From IMG/VR virus record IMGVR_UViG_3300050014_000899: 64,000 nt of DNA. The stretch is one strand, 5' to 3'. The stretch is from a virus. Below, piece after piece: positions 26,616-35,642 of this stretch. The translations under genes were made by a program, and so were the position numbers. The notes under the pieces are model-generated. The model saw nothing but the letters and a program-made list of their open reading frames with translations. It did not search any database and had not been told where the DNA came from. How positions within the stretch are numbered: the stretch's first letter is position 1; each line of letters begins with the position of its first letter.

Positions 26616-27090
26616 ACGCGTGATAATTTGTGGCGCAACTTGCTCCGGTAAGACCTATCTTCGAAAGAAACTTGAAGAAAAAGGATTTCATTTTGATGTT
26701 TCATATACTACTCGCCCTCGTAGACCAGGTGAGGAGGACGGAGTTCATTACAAATTCATTAAACAAGATGCATTTGAATTTATGGTTAAGATAGGATCTT
26801 TCTATGAACATGTAGAGTATAATGGATTTGGTTACGGAACTGGAAAACAGGAATGGAATACCTCAGATTGTTTCATCATGGAAACTGATGGTATCAAACA
26901 CATTGATAAAACCAGCAGAAAACATACATTCATCATATACATCAACCCACCAGTAAAAATTCGTAAAGAAAGAATGCTTGGAGAACGTGGTTGGTCCGAA
27001 GAAGAAGCTAATGCGAGACTCAAAACAGATAAGAAGAAATTCAAAGACTTCACGGATTACGATTTAATGATTACAAACCCCGATTTCTAA
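26605..27090 (+). CDS. gmk: guanylate kinase-like
   Basis: GATCSGKT; SYTTRPRRPGEEDGVHYKF; YGT. Confidence 0.85.
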   Translation: MSHKRVIICGATCSGKTYLRKKLEEKGFHFDVSYTTRPRRPGEEDGVHYKFIKQDAFEFMVKIGSFYEHVEYNGFGYGTGKQEWNTSDCFIMETDGIKHIDKTSRKHTFIIYINPPVKIRKERMLGERGWSEEEANARLKTDKKKFKDFTDYDLMITNPDF

Positions 27091-27332
27091 TGAAAGAAAT
27101 ACTAACCGGTTTATTATACCTTTTAGGATTTATAGCAGTCCTTATAGGAACTCTATATTTTCTGGGTCATGCTGGCCGAATTATTAAGAATTTTTTCTCT
27201 TGCTGTAGCTATACCCCTCCAGAAAACTTTGAAGATACCTGTTTAAGAGGAGTAACAAGTATGCTAATTCTTTTATAGTAGCTGCATTTATAATGGTATG
27301 CTATGCTCTAGGATCTGCAATTTTAAATTAAT

Positions 27333-28226
27333 ATGGACTCAAAATCTCTACAAAAGAAAGTTTCGGGGGTTTTCAAAGATAACTTTGGATATACTCCTCT
27401 TAGCGAACGTCTTCAAGATATTCAAAGAGAATTCTTTGAACTTATGAAATGGACTGATGTAAAAAATCTTAAAGAGGAAGCAGGGGATCTCTTAACTTCC
27501 TTGATTGCTCTTCATGAAGAAAATGAGTGGTGGTTTGATGAGAATGTTCATGCAACTTTAGAAAAAATAGAAAAGAGGAAACTTCAATATAAAACACTTG
27601 GAAGAAAAACCAAGGTAGCTATTTATGGCGGAGCATTTAATCCTATCACAACTGGTCACATTCAAGTTTGTAAATTCTTATTGAACACTTCCAAAGAATT
27701 TGACGAAGTTTGGATAATGCCGGCTTATCACCACATGTATAATAAAGAAATGGTATCTCCCGAACACCGTCTTTCAATGTGTGAACTTGCTGCTCAGGTT
27801 GATAAAAGAATCAAAATATTCCCATTTGAGATTGACAATAAGCTTCATGGGGAAACTTATTACTTTGTCAAGAAACTCAAAGAAGAAACACTTAACGAAC
27901 AATACAATTTTAGCATAGTTATTGGTTTGGATAATGCTAATACTTTCTATCATTGGGTTAATTATGAACTACTTGAAAGACTAATTCGTTTCGTGGTTGT
28001 TCCTAGAAAAGGATACTCAGCTATTGAAAATGCCTGGTATTTTAAAGAACCTCATATTTACTTACATGAAGATCCTAATGCAATAGAGGTTTCATCTTCG
28101 GAAGTTCGAGGACTATTAGGCATGTCGGAATTTAACGCAGAAAATCATAAACATTTAATGACTAAAATTTGTCCGGAAGTCTTCGAGTATATTATAAAAA
28201 ACAAATTATACATCTATGGCACGTAA
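27333..28226 (+). CDS. nadD: NMN/NaMN adenylyltransferase with N-terminal MazG-like domain
   Basis: EEAGDLL N-terminal; YGGAFNPITTGH, HRLSM, IGLDN..W, VSSSEVR. Confidence 0.85.
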   Translation: MDSKSLQKKVSGVFKDNFGYTPLSERLQDIQREFFELMKWTDVKNLKEEAGDLLTSLIALHEENEWWFDENVHATLEKIEKRKLQYKTLGRKTKVAIYGGAFNPITTGHIQVCKFLLNTSKEFDEVWIMPAYHHMYNKEMVSPEHRLSMCELAAQVDKRIKIFPFEIDNKLHGETYYFVKKLKEETLNEQYNFSIVIGLDNANTFYHWVNYELLERLIRFVVVPRKGYSAIENAWYFKEPHIYLHEDPNAIEVSSSEVRGLLGMSEFNAENHKHLMTKICPEVFEYIIKNKLYIYGT

Positions 28227-28481
28227 ATCTATTTGTTCAGATTGCGGCGAAGTTCTGGAACCAACTAACAAAGATTATGTTGTTTGCGGAAATTGCGGTG
28301 AATTCCAATGGGTTGACTTTGATCAAAAAATAGAAGAGGAACCTACAATTTCAGAAAGACTCAGGGAAGCTGCAAAGAAATATAAAGCAGTAACAGAAGA
28401 GATGGGGGTACCCGGAAAATTTCACGGAAATAAAGTCATGAAAAGCACATTGGTTAAAAAGAAACGTAATAAAAAATATTA

Positions 28482-29018
28482 ATGGTAAGACCTATCGTAT
28501 TATTTGGAGACCCTATGCTAAGGCTTATTAGCACAGAGGTTCAAAAAAATAGCAAAATTCCTATTGAGCCGCTTCTTGTTGACATGTTTGAAACTGTGAA
28601 GAAAGCAAACGGTGCTGGTCTTGCTGCAATTCAAGTTGGAGTTCCTCTTCGTATTTTTGTTGTTGATGCTAATCTTGAAAAGGAGGACTTTCACTTCAAA
28701 CAGTCATTTATAAATCCTAAGATTTTAAAAGAATGGGGAGAACCGGAAAAGCATCCGGAAGGTTGTCTTTCTATTCCTCAATTAACAGCGATGATCTCAC
28801 GTCTTCCTAATATAGAATTCGAATGGTATGATGAAGAATGGGTTTACCATAAGGAAGAATTTTCTGGTTACGCAGCTCGCATTATACAGCATGAATACGA
28901 GCATTTAAATGGTGGGTTATATGTTGATGATCTGGATCTCATGTGGAGCGAAATGTTTAAACTTCCTCTTGACTTAATTGAAAAAAGAAAAATCAAATTA
29001 CCATATTTATGGAGATAA
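28482..29018 (+). CDS. def: peptide deformylase
   Basis: GAGLAAIQVG, EGCLSIP, QHEYEHLNG. Confidence 0.95.
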   Translation: MVRPIVLFGDPMLRLISTEVQKNSKIPIEPLLVDMFETVKKANGAGLAAIQVGVPLRIFVVDANLEKEDFHFKQSFINPKILKEWGEPEKHPEGCLSIPQLTAMISRLPNIEFEWYDEEWVYHKEEFSGYAARIIQHEYEHLNGGLYVDDLDLMWSEMFKLPLDLIEKRKIKLPYLWR

Positions 29019-29244
29019 CATCTGATTTCATTTACACAGAAAGGATCAAACGATTAGAGAAACTCTATCAGGATGGAATTGATCTATTGAAAGAAAATAA
29101 AAGACAATGGGATAAAGCTGTCGACGATGAAACCTGCAATCCCATTATGCTAAATATCATAGCGGATAATATGTACTCGATGGAAGAAACTCTTCGAGTC
29201 ATTAAGGAACGAATGGGTACAATTAAACTTGAAATATCCAATTA

Positions 29245-29754
29245 ATGAAGAATAGAATACCACATGAATTTTTTATAACCAAAGGTTCTGGTTGTAGTGA
29301 CTTAGCTCTCCATCCGGGTTCATATCACATGGCTTTGCATGATGCTGGAATACACCAATTCAATATAGTTGGATATTCTTCAGTGTTACCTGCTTCAGCT
29401 AAACTCGTAACTACTGATGAAGTAGATTTACCCGAATTTGGTTCAGAACTTTCTACAATAATGGCTTGTGCCAGCGGTAACTACGGAGAACATATTTCAG
29501 CAGGGATTATTTATGCTTGGTTATACAAGGATGATAATTTTGATGAAAAAATCGGTGGCATTGTTTGTGAACTTGCCGGATATTTTAACGTAGAAGAATT
29601 AGAAGGAAGATTGTATGCAGTTATTGAAGACATGCATAAGAAAACTTTCGACCAATACTTTATGGGGGAACCTCAGGTTCTTACAGAATCTCTTACCATA
29701 GATAAAAGATTTGGTACCGCTTTAGTTTCAATGTGTTTCGTAAATTACAAATAA
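29245..29754 (+). CDS. pyruvoyl-dependent arginine decarboxylase
   Basis: ALHDAGI..FNIVGYSSVLP self-cleavage motif. Confidence 0.85.
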   Translation: MKNRIPHEFFITKGSGCSDLALHPGSYHMALHDAGIHQFNIVGYSSVLPASAKLVTTDEVDLPEFGSELSTIMACASGNYGEHISAGIIYAWLYKDDNFDEKIGGIVCELAGYFNVEELEGRLYAVIEDMHKKTFDQYFMGEPQVLTESLTIDKRFGTALVSMCFVNYK

Positions 29755-30843
29755 GATGGATAGCAGGATTTGTACATATCTCAACACTGTTGAGCTGGAT
29801 GCAGTAATCCAGAGAATAATTAACGAACTTACAAATATTCAGATTATATCTGTTGTTCGTACTTCGGAATTTCAAAGATTAACTCCTACATCGGGAGACT
29901 GTGCCGATTATATAATACTTTATACCAATACCAATTAATATGACAAAAGAAGAAATTGCTCGAGAAGTAGCTGTAATGACCCCGGTTAAAAATGGTCGTT
30001 ACTTAATGGGAACCAAAGCATATCATCAACTTGGTGATATAAGCAGAGATGAACCTGATCTTTTCTGTGCTTCTGCCGAAACCGAAAAGTTTTACATTGG
30101 TATGTGGGTTACTGGTTTTGGATTTTTCAATGTATGTTTCCCTAAAGAAACCAGCCGGGAACTTACTCCTGAAGAAATTGAAAAGTACAACAAAACCTAC
30201 ATTCAGATCTCTTCACAGCCTCCCATAAAATTAAAAGTCGATTAATTTCTTAAAAATATTTTTTTTCTAAGGAATAATTGTGTACATTTGTATCCACATT
30301 TAAATTAACTTAATCGAATACACATGAAGAAAATCGTATTGTTATTTATGCTACTTATTTTTTCAGCTGTGGCTTATTCCCAGTCTAGCGGAATAACACT
30401 CACTCCTGATCAAATTAGTAAGTTGGACCCCGCCACAAAGGCTCAGATTGTAGCTTTACAGGCTGAACAGAAAACAGATCAACTAATTTCTACCGGATCA
30501 AAATGGGTAGGATTAGGAAAAGAAATTGCTGAAGCTGTAAATGAATCAGCTAAAGGAGTCGCTTTAACTGCATCTGAATTTGCCGAAACTAAACTCGGAA
30601 AGTATACCATGTTTCTTATTGCTTATAAGGTACTTGGTGGAGATTTTCTGCGATTTTGCTTCTTATAAACACTATGGTTTATGGAGGTCTTATCTGGTTT
30701 CTTGATTCCCAACTTTTGCAGGATATAAAAGATCCAATCAATCCTAAAACAGCAATTAATGCAATTCTTTTAACTGGATGGGCATTAAGCTCTGTAGTTT
30801 GTTGCATACTTCCATACATTAAACTTCATAAAAACAAGACAAT

Positions 30844-32307
30844 ATGATAATGTTCGGTGCCCTTATCGTTGTTATCCTTATCACTGGGATATTCTATTTT
30901 CTCAAACCTAAAGAATTTACTTGGTGGGAATTTTTTGTTCCTATGATTATAACTACCGGAATTATATTCGGTATGAAAGCATTGGTTGAACGTAGCAATG
31001 TTATGTTCACGGAATATTGGGGGGAAACTATCGACGTTGTCGGGGAAGAAGCTCCTTATAATTACTGGCATAGTGAAACATGTTATCGTCAGGTCGCTTG
31101 TGGAACTGACAAAGATGGGAATACAGAATATTGTTCAGAACCTTATGATTGTTCTCATCAGGAAGACGTTGGTCCAAGTTGGTGGGCTCATACTAATTTA
31201 GGAAACACTTATTCTCTTACTGAACATCAGCATGATAGTATCGTAGCTTTGTTTAGAACTCCTAAAATAATCGTTAGCAGAAGAGACAATTATTCTCCTC
31301 GGGATCGAGCTGTTGGCTCAGATGGAACTAAATTTGAAGGAACTTGCGTAGGACAATCTAGCCCAATATGGAATACAACTTGGTCTGGGACAGATCAAAC
31401 TCGGAAAGGCTATTTTACAATGCATACTTATGAAAATCGAATTAAAGCTTCGGATTTAACCATATTTAATATTTCAGTTATTGATGATAAAGAAGCAGAT
31501 AGTATTGGCCTTTATAAATACCCAAATATGAATGAAGGCGGATTTTTCAGAGGGATTGGGGATGCTATTTATTTTCCCACAATACTTGGTAAGAATGTTT
31601 CCAAAACTACTCAAACAAAATTTCAACGACTTAATGCGAAGTTTGGTCCGTCAAATGAATTAAGATTGTGGATTCTCTTATTTGATAAGAAGCCTGCTTC
31701 AATAGCTGCACTTCAGGAAAATTACTGGGTTAAGGGAAATCAGAATGAATTAATCATTTGTATTGGAACCAATGGCGATGAAATTACTTGGGTACATTCA
31801 TTCTCATGGGCTTTATCTGGAGACCTAACAGCCGAAACAACTCAAAAAGCTTTGGATCTTTATATGATGAATATTGAAACCAAAAAGGGCCAAACTCTTC
31901 CAGTTGCAATACCATTAAATTCTCAGCTGAAAGAAACTATCGGAAAAGGAACAGGCATAGATACTGCATTACTTCCTCCAGTTCTTCCTTTAAACTTGAA
32001 TAAGAAAGATATAACCAAAGTCACCAAAGGAAAGTATCCTGTTCTCAACGATCAAACCTGGGATGTATATTACAACTATCTTAATCAGAACCTAAACAAA
32101 TTTAAGAGGAGACATTTTGAGGAATTTTCTTATTTGAAAGTAGTTCCAAAGACATGGCAGGTTATCTTGCTATACGTATTAGCCATTGCCATTGCGATAG
32201 GTATAAACTTTTGGAATATCAGTAATGAGTTTAATGATGATAGTCCAAGGGGAAATTCAGGCTACGGTGGTTACAATATTCAATACAGAAATAAATTCAG
32301 GTACTAA
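30844..32307 (+). CDS. membrane-anchored hypothetical phage protein
   Basis: N- and C-terminal TM segments, Cys-containing soluble region. Confidence 0.7.
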   Translation: MIMFGALIVVILITGIFYFLKPKEFTWWEFFVPMIITTGIIFGMKALVERSNVMFTEYWGETIDVVGEEAPYNYWHSETCYRQVACGTDKDGNTEYCSEPYDCSHQEDVGPSWWAHTNLGNTYSLTEHQHDSIVALFRTPKIIVSRRDNYSPRDRAVGSDGTKFEGTCVGQSSPIWNTTWSGTDQTRKGYFTMHTYENRIKASDLTIFNISVIDDKEADSIGLYKYPNMNEGGFFRGIGDAIYFPTILGKNVSKTTQTKFQRLNAKFGPSNELRLWILLFDKKPASIAALQENYWVKGNQNELIICIGTNGDEITWVHSFSWALSGDLTAETTQKALDLYMMNIETKKGQTLPVAIPLNSQLKETIGKGTGIDTALLPPVLPLNLNKKDITKVTKGKYPVLNDQTWDVYYNYLNQNLNKFKRRHFEEFSYLKVVPKTWQVILLYVLAIAIAIGINFWNISNEFNDDSPRGNSGYGGYNIQYRNKFRY

Positions 32308-32645
32308 TGAAAATGTATATCTTCCTCTGGGAACATGTCCCAGATCATATGGCACCGGTTGTTGCAGCTCATGCTTCATTAGCTTGTTATCTTAAATTTC
32401 AAGACGATCCAAGAATGAAAAAATGGCTGGAAACCTCATTTAAAAAAGTAGTTTGTCGAGTATCTGAATCCGACTTTAAATGGTTAAAGCTGTGTGATAA
32501 GATTGATAACCTTAAACATCTCAATTATAATGTTACTACAGAATCTTCATTAAGTGGAGAAGAAGTAGCTATTACATTCTGTCCTGAAGAAACATTCCCT
32601 GAATTCTTTCATAAATTTAAACTCTGGAAACCTAATAAATCTTAA
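32307..32645 (+). CDS. peptidyl-tRNA hydrolase, PTH2 fold
   Basis: KMYI..AAHASLA..W...FKKVVCRV..P...KFKLW. Confidence 0.7.
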   Translation: MKMYIFLWEHVPDHMAPVVAAHASLACYLKFQDDPRMKKWLETSFKKVVCRVSESDFKWLKLCDKIDNLKHLNYNVTTESSLSGEEVAITFCPEETFPEFFHKFKLWKPNKS

Positions 32646-32705
32646 AGTCCGGATTACTGGGGATATTTGGTATTTCTTCATGAATATATAAATAAAAAGA
32701 TATTC

Positions 32706-33569
32706 ATGAAAGAATTAAGAAAAGAAAAAGAATTATATATTTGTGAAGAATGTGGAACCCTACATAAAAAAATTAATGGTTTATTAACCCATGTTGCTTT
32801 AAAACATGATAAAAAAGCATATTTTGATAAATGGAGAAAAGAAGAAATAGATGATAAATGCAAAATTTGTAATCAAAAAACCGAATTTATTTCTGTTTTC
32901 TTAGGATATAAAAATGGATGTTGTAAAGAGCATCTGAATCAATATGTTTATAAAACTAGTCAAGAAGCTATATTTGATAGATATGGAGTTGAAAATCAGT
33001 ATCAAAGAGAAGATGTAAAAAAGAAATTGAAAAAAACCTGGTTTAAAAATTATGGATTTGATAATCCTTCCAAATCTGAAGCTATAAAAAGTCAAAAAGA
33101 AAAAACTTGTTTAAAAAATAATGGAGTTAAATATGCTTTACAATCCTTAGTATTTCAGGAAAAATACAAGCAAACTTGTTTAAGAAAATATGGGGTTGAA
33201 TATAGTCATCAGAATAGAGGGATTTTAGATAAAGCTCTAAAATCTAGTAGATTGCTAAAACCCTTTGCCAATACCTCGCTAAAATATCAGGGAACATATG
33301 AATTAGATTTTTTAGAAAAATATTATAATAGTTATCCAGATATTAAAAAAGGATTTTCTTTCAGATATAATTATAATGGCAAAAATAGAGTCTATCACTC
33401 TGATTTTTATATTCCTTCTTTAAATTTAATTGTCGAAATAAAAAGTTCGTATATTTTAACACTTGATATAGAAATTGAAGAAAAAAAGAAAAGTGTTTTG
33501 AATAGCGGATATAACTATATAATGATACTTGATAAAAATTATGAAAAAATGATAAATTATGAAAAATAA
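32706..33569 (+). CDS. homing endonuclease-like protein (KYG repeats plus PD-(D/E)XK)
   Basis: TCLRKYGVE repeats; YHSDFYIPSLNLIVEIK; start moved downstream of ATATATA. Confidence 0.75.
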   Translation: MKELRKEKELYICEECGTLHKKINGLLTHVALKHDKKAYFDKWRKEEIDDKCKICNQKTEFISVFLGYKNGCCKEHLNQYVYKTSQEAIFDRYGVENQYQREDVKKKLKKTWFKNYGFDNPSKSEAIKSQKEKTCLKNNGVKYALQSLVFQEKYKQTCLRKYGVEYSHQNRGILDKALKSSRLLKPFANTSLKYQGTYELDFLEKYYNSYPDIKKGFSFRYNYNGKNRVYHSDFYIPSLNLIVEIKSSYILTLDIEIEEKKKSVLNSGYNYIMILDKNYEKMINYEK

Positions 33570-34371
33570 GGTAATTGTTGGTAAGAAAATATTATTCATA
33601 GGAGACATCCACGGTAATTCAGAGTGGGAAGATCTTGTAAAAGAAGGTCTAAAATCTTTTTATGAAATTGTTTTTCTTGGCGATTATGTCGATAGTTTTC
33701 ACGTTCGTCCAGTAGAACAAATTCACAATTTAAATAATCTTGTTAATTTTTTAAGCAAGCAACGTAAGATTGGTGGCAAAGTTACTGCTCTTTTGGGAAA
33801 TCATGATTATGCTTATATCTATAATTATCCAGGTATAAGTGGACATAATTTTATTCAAGGACCAGAATACCGTAAGATATTCACAGATAATCTTGATTTA
33901 TTTCAAATGGCCTGGGGATATGCTAGTGCCAATACTGGAAGATATACTCTTGCCAGTCATGCAGGATTAACTCAAACATTTTGGAGTCAGTTTATGTTAC
34001 CGGAAATGAATAATCCAGAAAGTACGGTTGCTCAATTAATTGCTGCTGAAGAAAGAGGAAATGGAAGTGTCGATGGCGATCCATTTAAACCGGCTCGAAA
34101 ATTGGCTATTCATGAGAAGCTAAATTTTTTCAGGGATAAAAGCGACATTTTATGGAAAGTAGGATCTGATCGTGGTGGATGGGGAACTCCCGGACCACTA
34201 TGGGGGGATTTCAGAGAATTGCTTGAAGATCCATACGAAGGAATTGATCAGGTTGTAGGGCATACACCCAAAATTTCTCCTTCGGTAGTTCCAAACCAGA
34301 ATGGATGTTTTTATGCTTGTATTGACAATTGGGGAAATAAAAAAACAGCTAGCTTGATCGTCTCTTTATAG
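33559..34371 (+). CDS. calcineurin-like metallophosphoesterase
   Basis: GDIHG, GDYVD, GNHD, SHAG, GHT. Confidence 0.9.
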   Translation: MKNKVIVGKKILFIGDIHGNSEWEDLVKEGLKSFYEIVFLGDYVDSFHVRPVEQIHNLNNLVNFLSKQRKIGGKVTALLGNHDYAYIYNYPGISGHNFIQGPEYRKIFTDNLDLFQMAWGYASANTGRYTLASHAGLTQTFWSQFMLPEMNNPESTVAQLIAAEERGNGSVDGDPFKPARKLAIHEKLNFFRDKSDILWKVGSDRGGWGTPGPLWGDFRELLEDPYEGIDQVVGHTPKISPSVVPNQNGCFYACIDNWGNKKTASLIVSL

Positions 34372-34396
34372 AATATATAAAGAAAACGACCTACGC

Positions 34397-35434
34397 ATGA
34401 AAGTTATTATAAGTATTGATGGCGGCGGAATACGAGGAATTGTAACCGCCGCCATTTTAGATTACATCGAAAGAAAGATACAAGAAATTCAGGGGGATAA
34501 TAGAATAAGAATTGGTAATCTAGTTGACTTAGTGGCTGGAACCTCTACCGGATCTATTGTTGGAGCTCTAATGCTTATTCCATCTGAAACAAGTCCATGG
34601 GCAAAATATACCATGAAAGAAATCATAGATTTGTATTTTAGTTTAGGAGAAACTGTTTTTAAATCTGACACTAAACATAATTTTAAAACTTTGTGGGGAT
34701 TAATTGGTCCACAATTCTCTGCAAGTAATATCGAGGATCCATTATTAACTCAATTTAATCATTACAAATTAAAGGACCTTATTAAACCTTGTTTATTTAC
34801 TGGCTACGACATCGACAAAAGAATAGTCAATATCTACACTAACTCGGATATAGATCGAAAATATGCTGAGTATTATGTAAAGGATATTGTAAGAGGATCT
34901 ACTGCTATTCCATCAATTTTTCCACCAGCTTATTTTAAAGAAGGAATTGACATTAATACTATTGTCGATGGTGGAGTTTTTGCAGGGAATCCTTCCATGA
35001 TTGCTTATATTGAAGCATTCAAAACACTTTTTGGAAAAGCAGATAATGTTGCAAATTTAGATCCTAATCAAGTTCTGATGATTTCTTTAGGAACTGGAAT
35101 AGGAGTTAGAACCCCATATTCATTCAATACAGTTAAACGTTGGGGAAAAGCTCAATGGTTAATGCCGGTTCTAAATGTCCTAATGTCCGCAGCAACAGAT
35201 ATTACCGATTATGAAATGTCGATGATGTTTAAATCTGTTTTGAGAAATGATAACTATAAAAGAATAAATCCCCCTCTTACCCATAATGTTCAACCTTCTA
35301 CCGATGCATCAAAAGAAAACATGTTGAATCTGCTGAAAGATGCCAACGATTACATCGAAGCAAATAAAGCATATCTCGATTTAATTGCACATGAAATTTG
35401 TGATCTTCACTACCTAATTAAGCTCGACGATTAA
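34397..35434 (+). CDS. patatin-like phospholipase
   Basis: DGGGIRG, GTSTG, DGG..NP, SLGTG. Confidence 0.92.
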   Translation: MKVIISIDGGGIRGIVTAAILDYIERKIQEIQGDNRIRIGNLVDLVAGTSTGSIVGALMLIPSETSPWAKYTMKEIIDLYFSLGETVFKSDTKHNFKTLWGLIGPQFSASNIEDPLLTQFNHYKLKDLIKPCLFTGYDIDKRIVNIYTNSDIDRKYAEYYVKDIVRGSTAIPSIFPPAYFKEGIDINTIVDGGVFAGNPSMIAYIEAFKTLFGKADNVANLDPNQVLMISLGTGIGVRTPYSFNTVKRWGKAQWLMPVLNVLMSAATDITDYEMSMMFKSVLRNDNYKRINPPLTHNVQPSTDASKENMLNLLKDANDYIEANKAYLDLIAHEICDLHYLIKLDD

Positions 35435-35445
35435 GAAAATATACT

Positions 35446-35472
35446 AAACCCCAGCGAAAACTGGGGTTTTTT
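35446..35472 (+). terminator. intrinsic terminator
   Basis: AAACCCCAG-cgaaaa-CTGGGGTTTTTT. Confidence 0.8.
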
Positions 35473-35614
35473 GTTGTGGGCTTAACATTGAAGTAACATC
35501 ATGAATTCGTATAAACCCTTAAAATACATGCACTTTCTTAGATATTTTCAGTCATATTTTAATTAAATTTTAACTATTTTACGTTATACCCCTTATCCAC
35601 AAGAATACTAAACG

Positions 35615-35626
35615 TATATATAAATA
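35615..35626 (+). promoter_or_regulatory. late-type promoter
   Basis: TATATATAAATA contains the T4 late consensus TATAAATA. Confidence 0.6.
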
Positions 35627-35642
35627 AAAAAATAGTATTCAG

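Noticed and set aside
30324-30847. Programmed frameshifts at about 27270, 30660 and 54200
   Set aside because: No slippery site with downstream structure; they look like indels, deletions or assembly errors.
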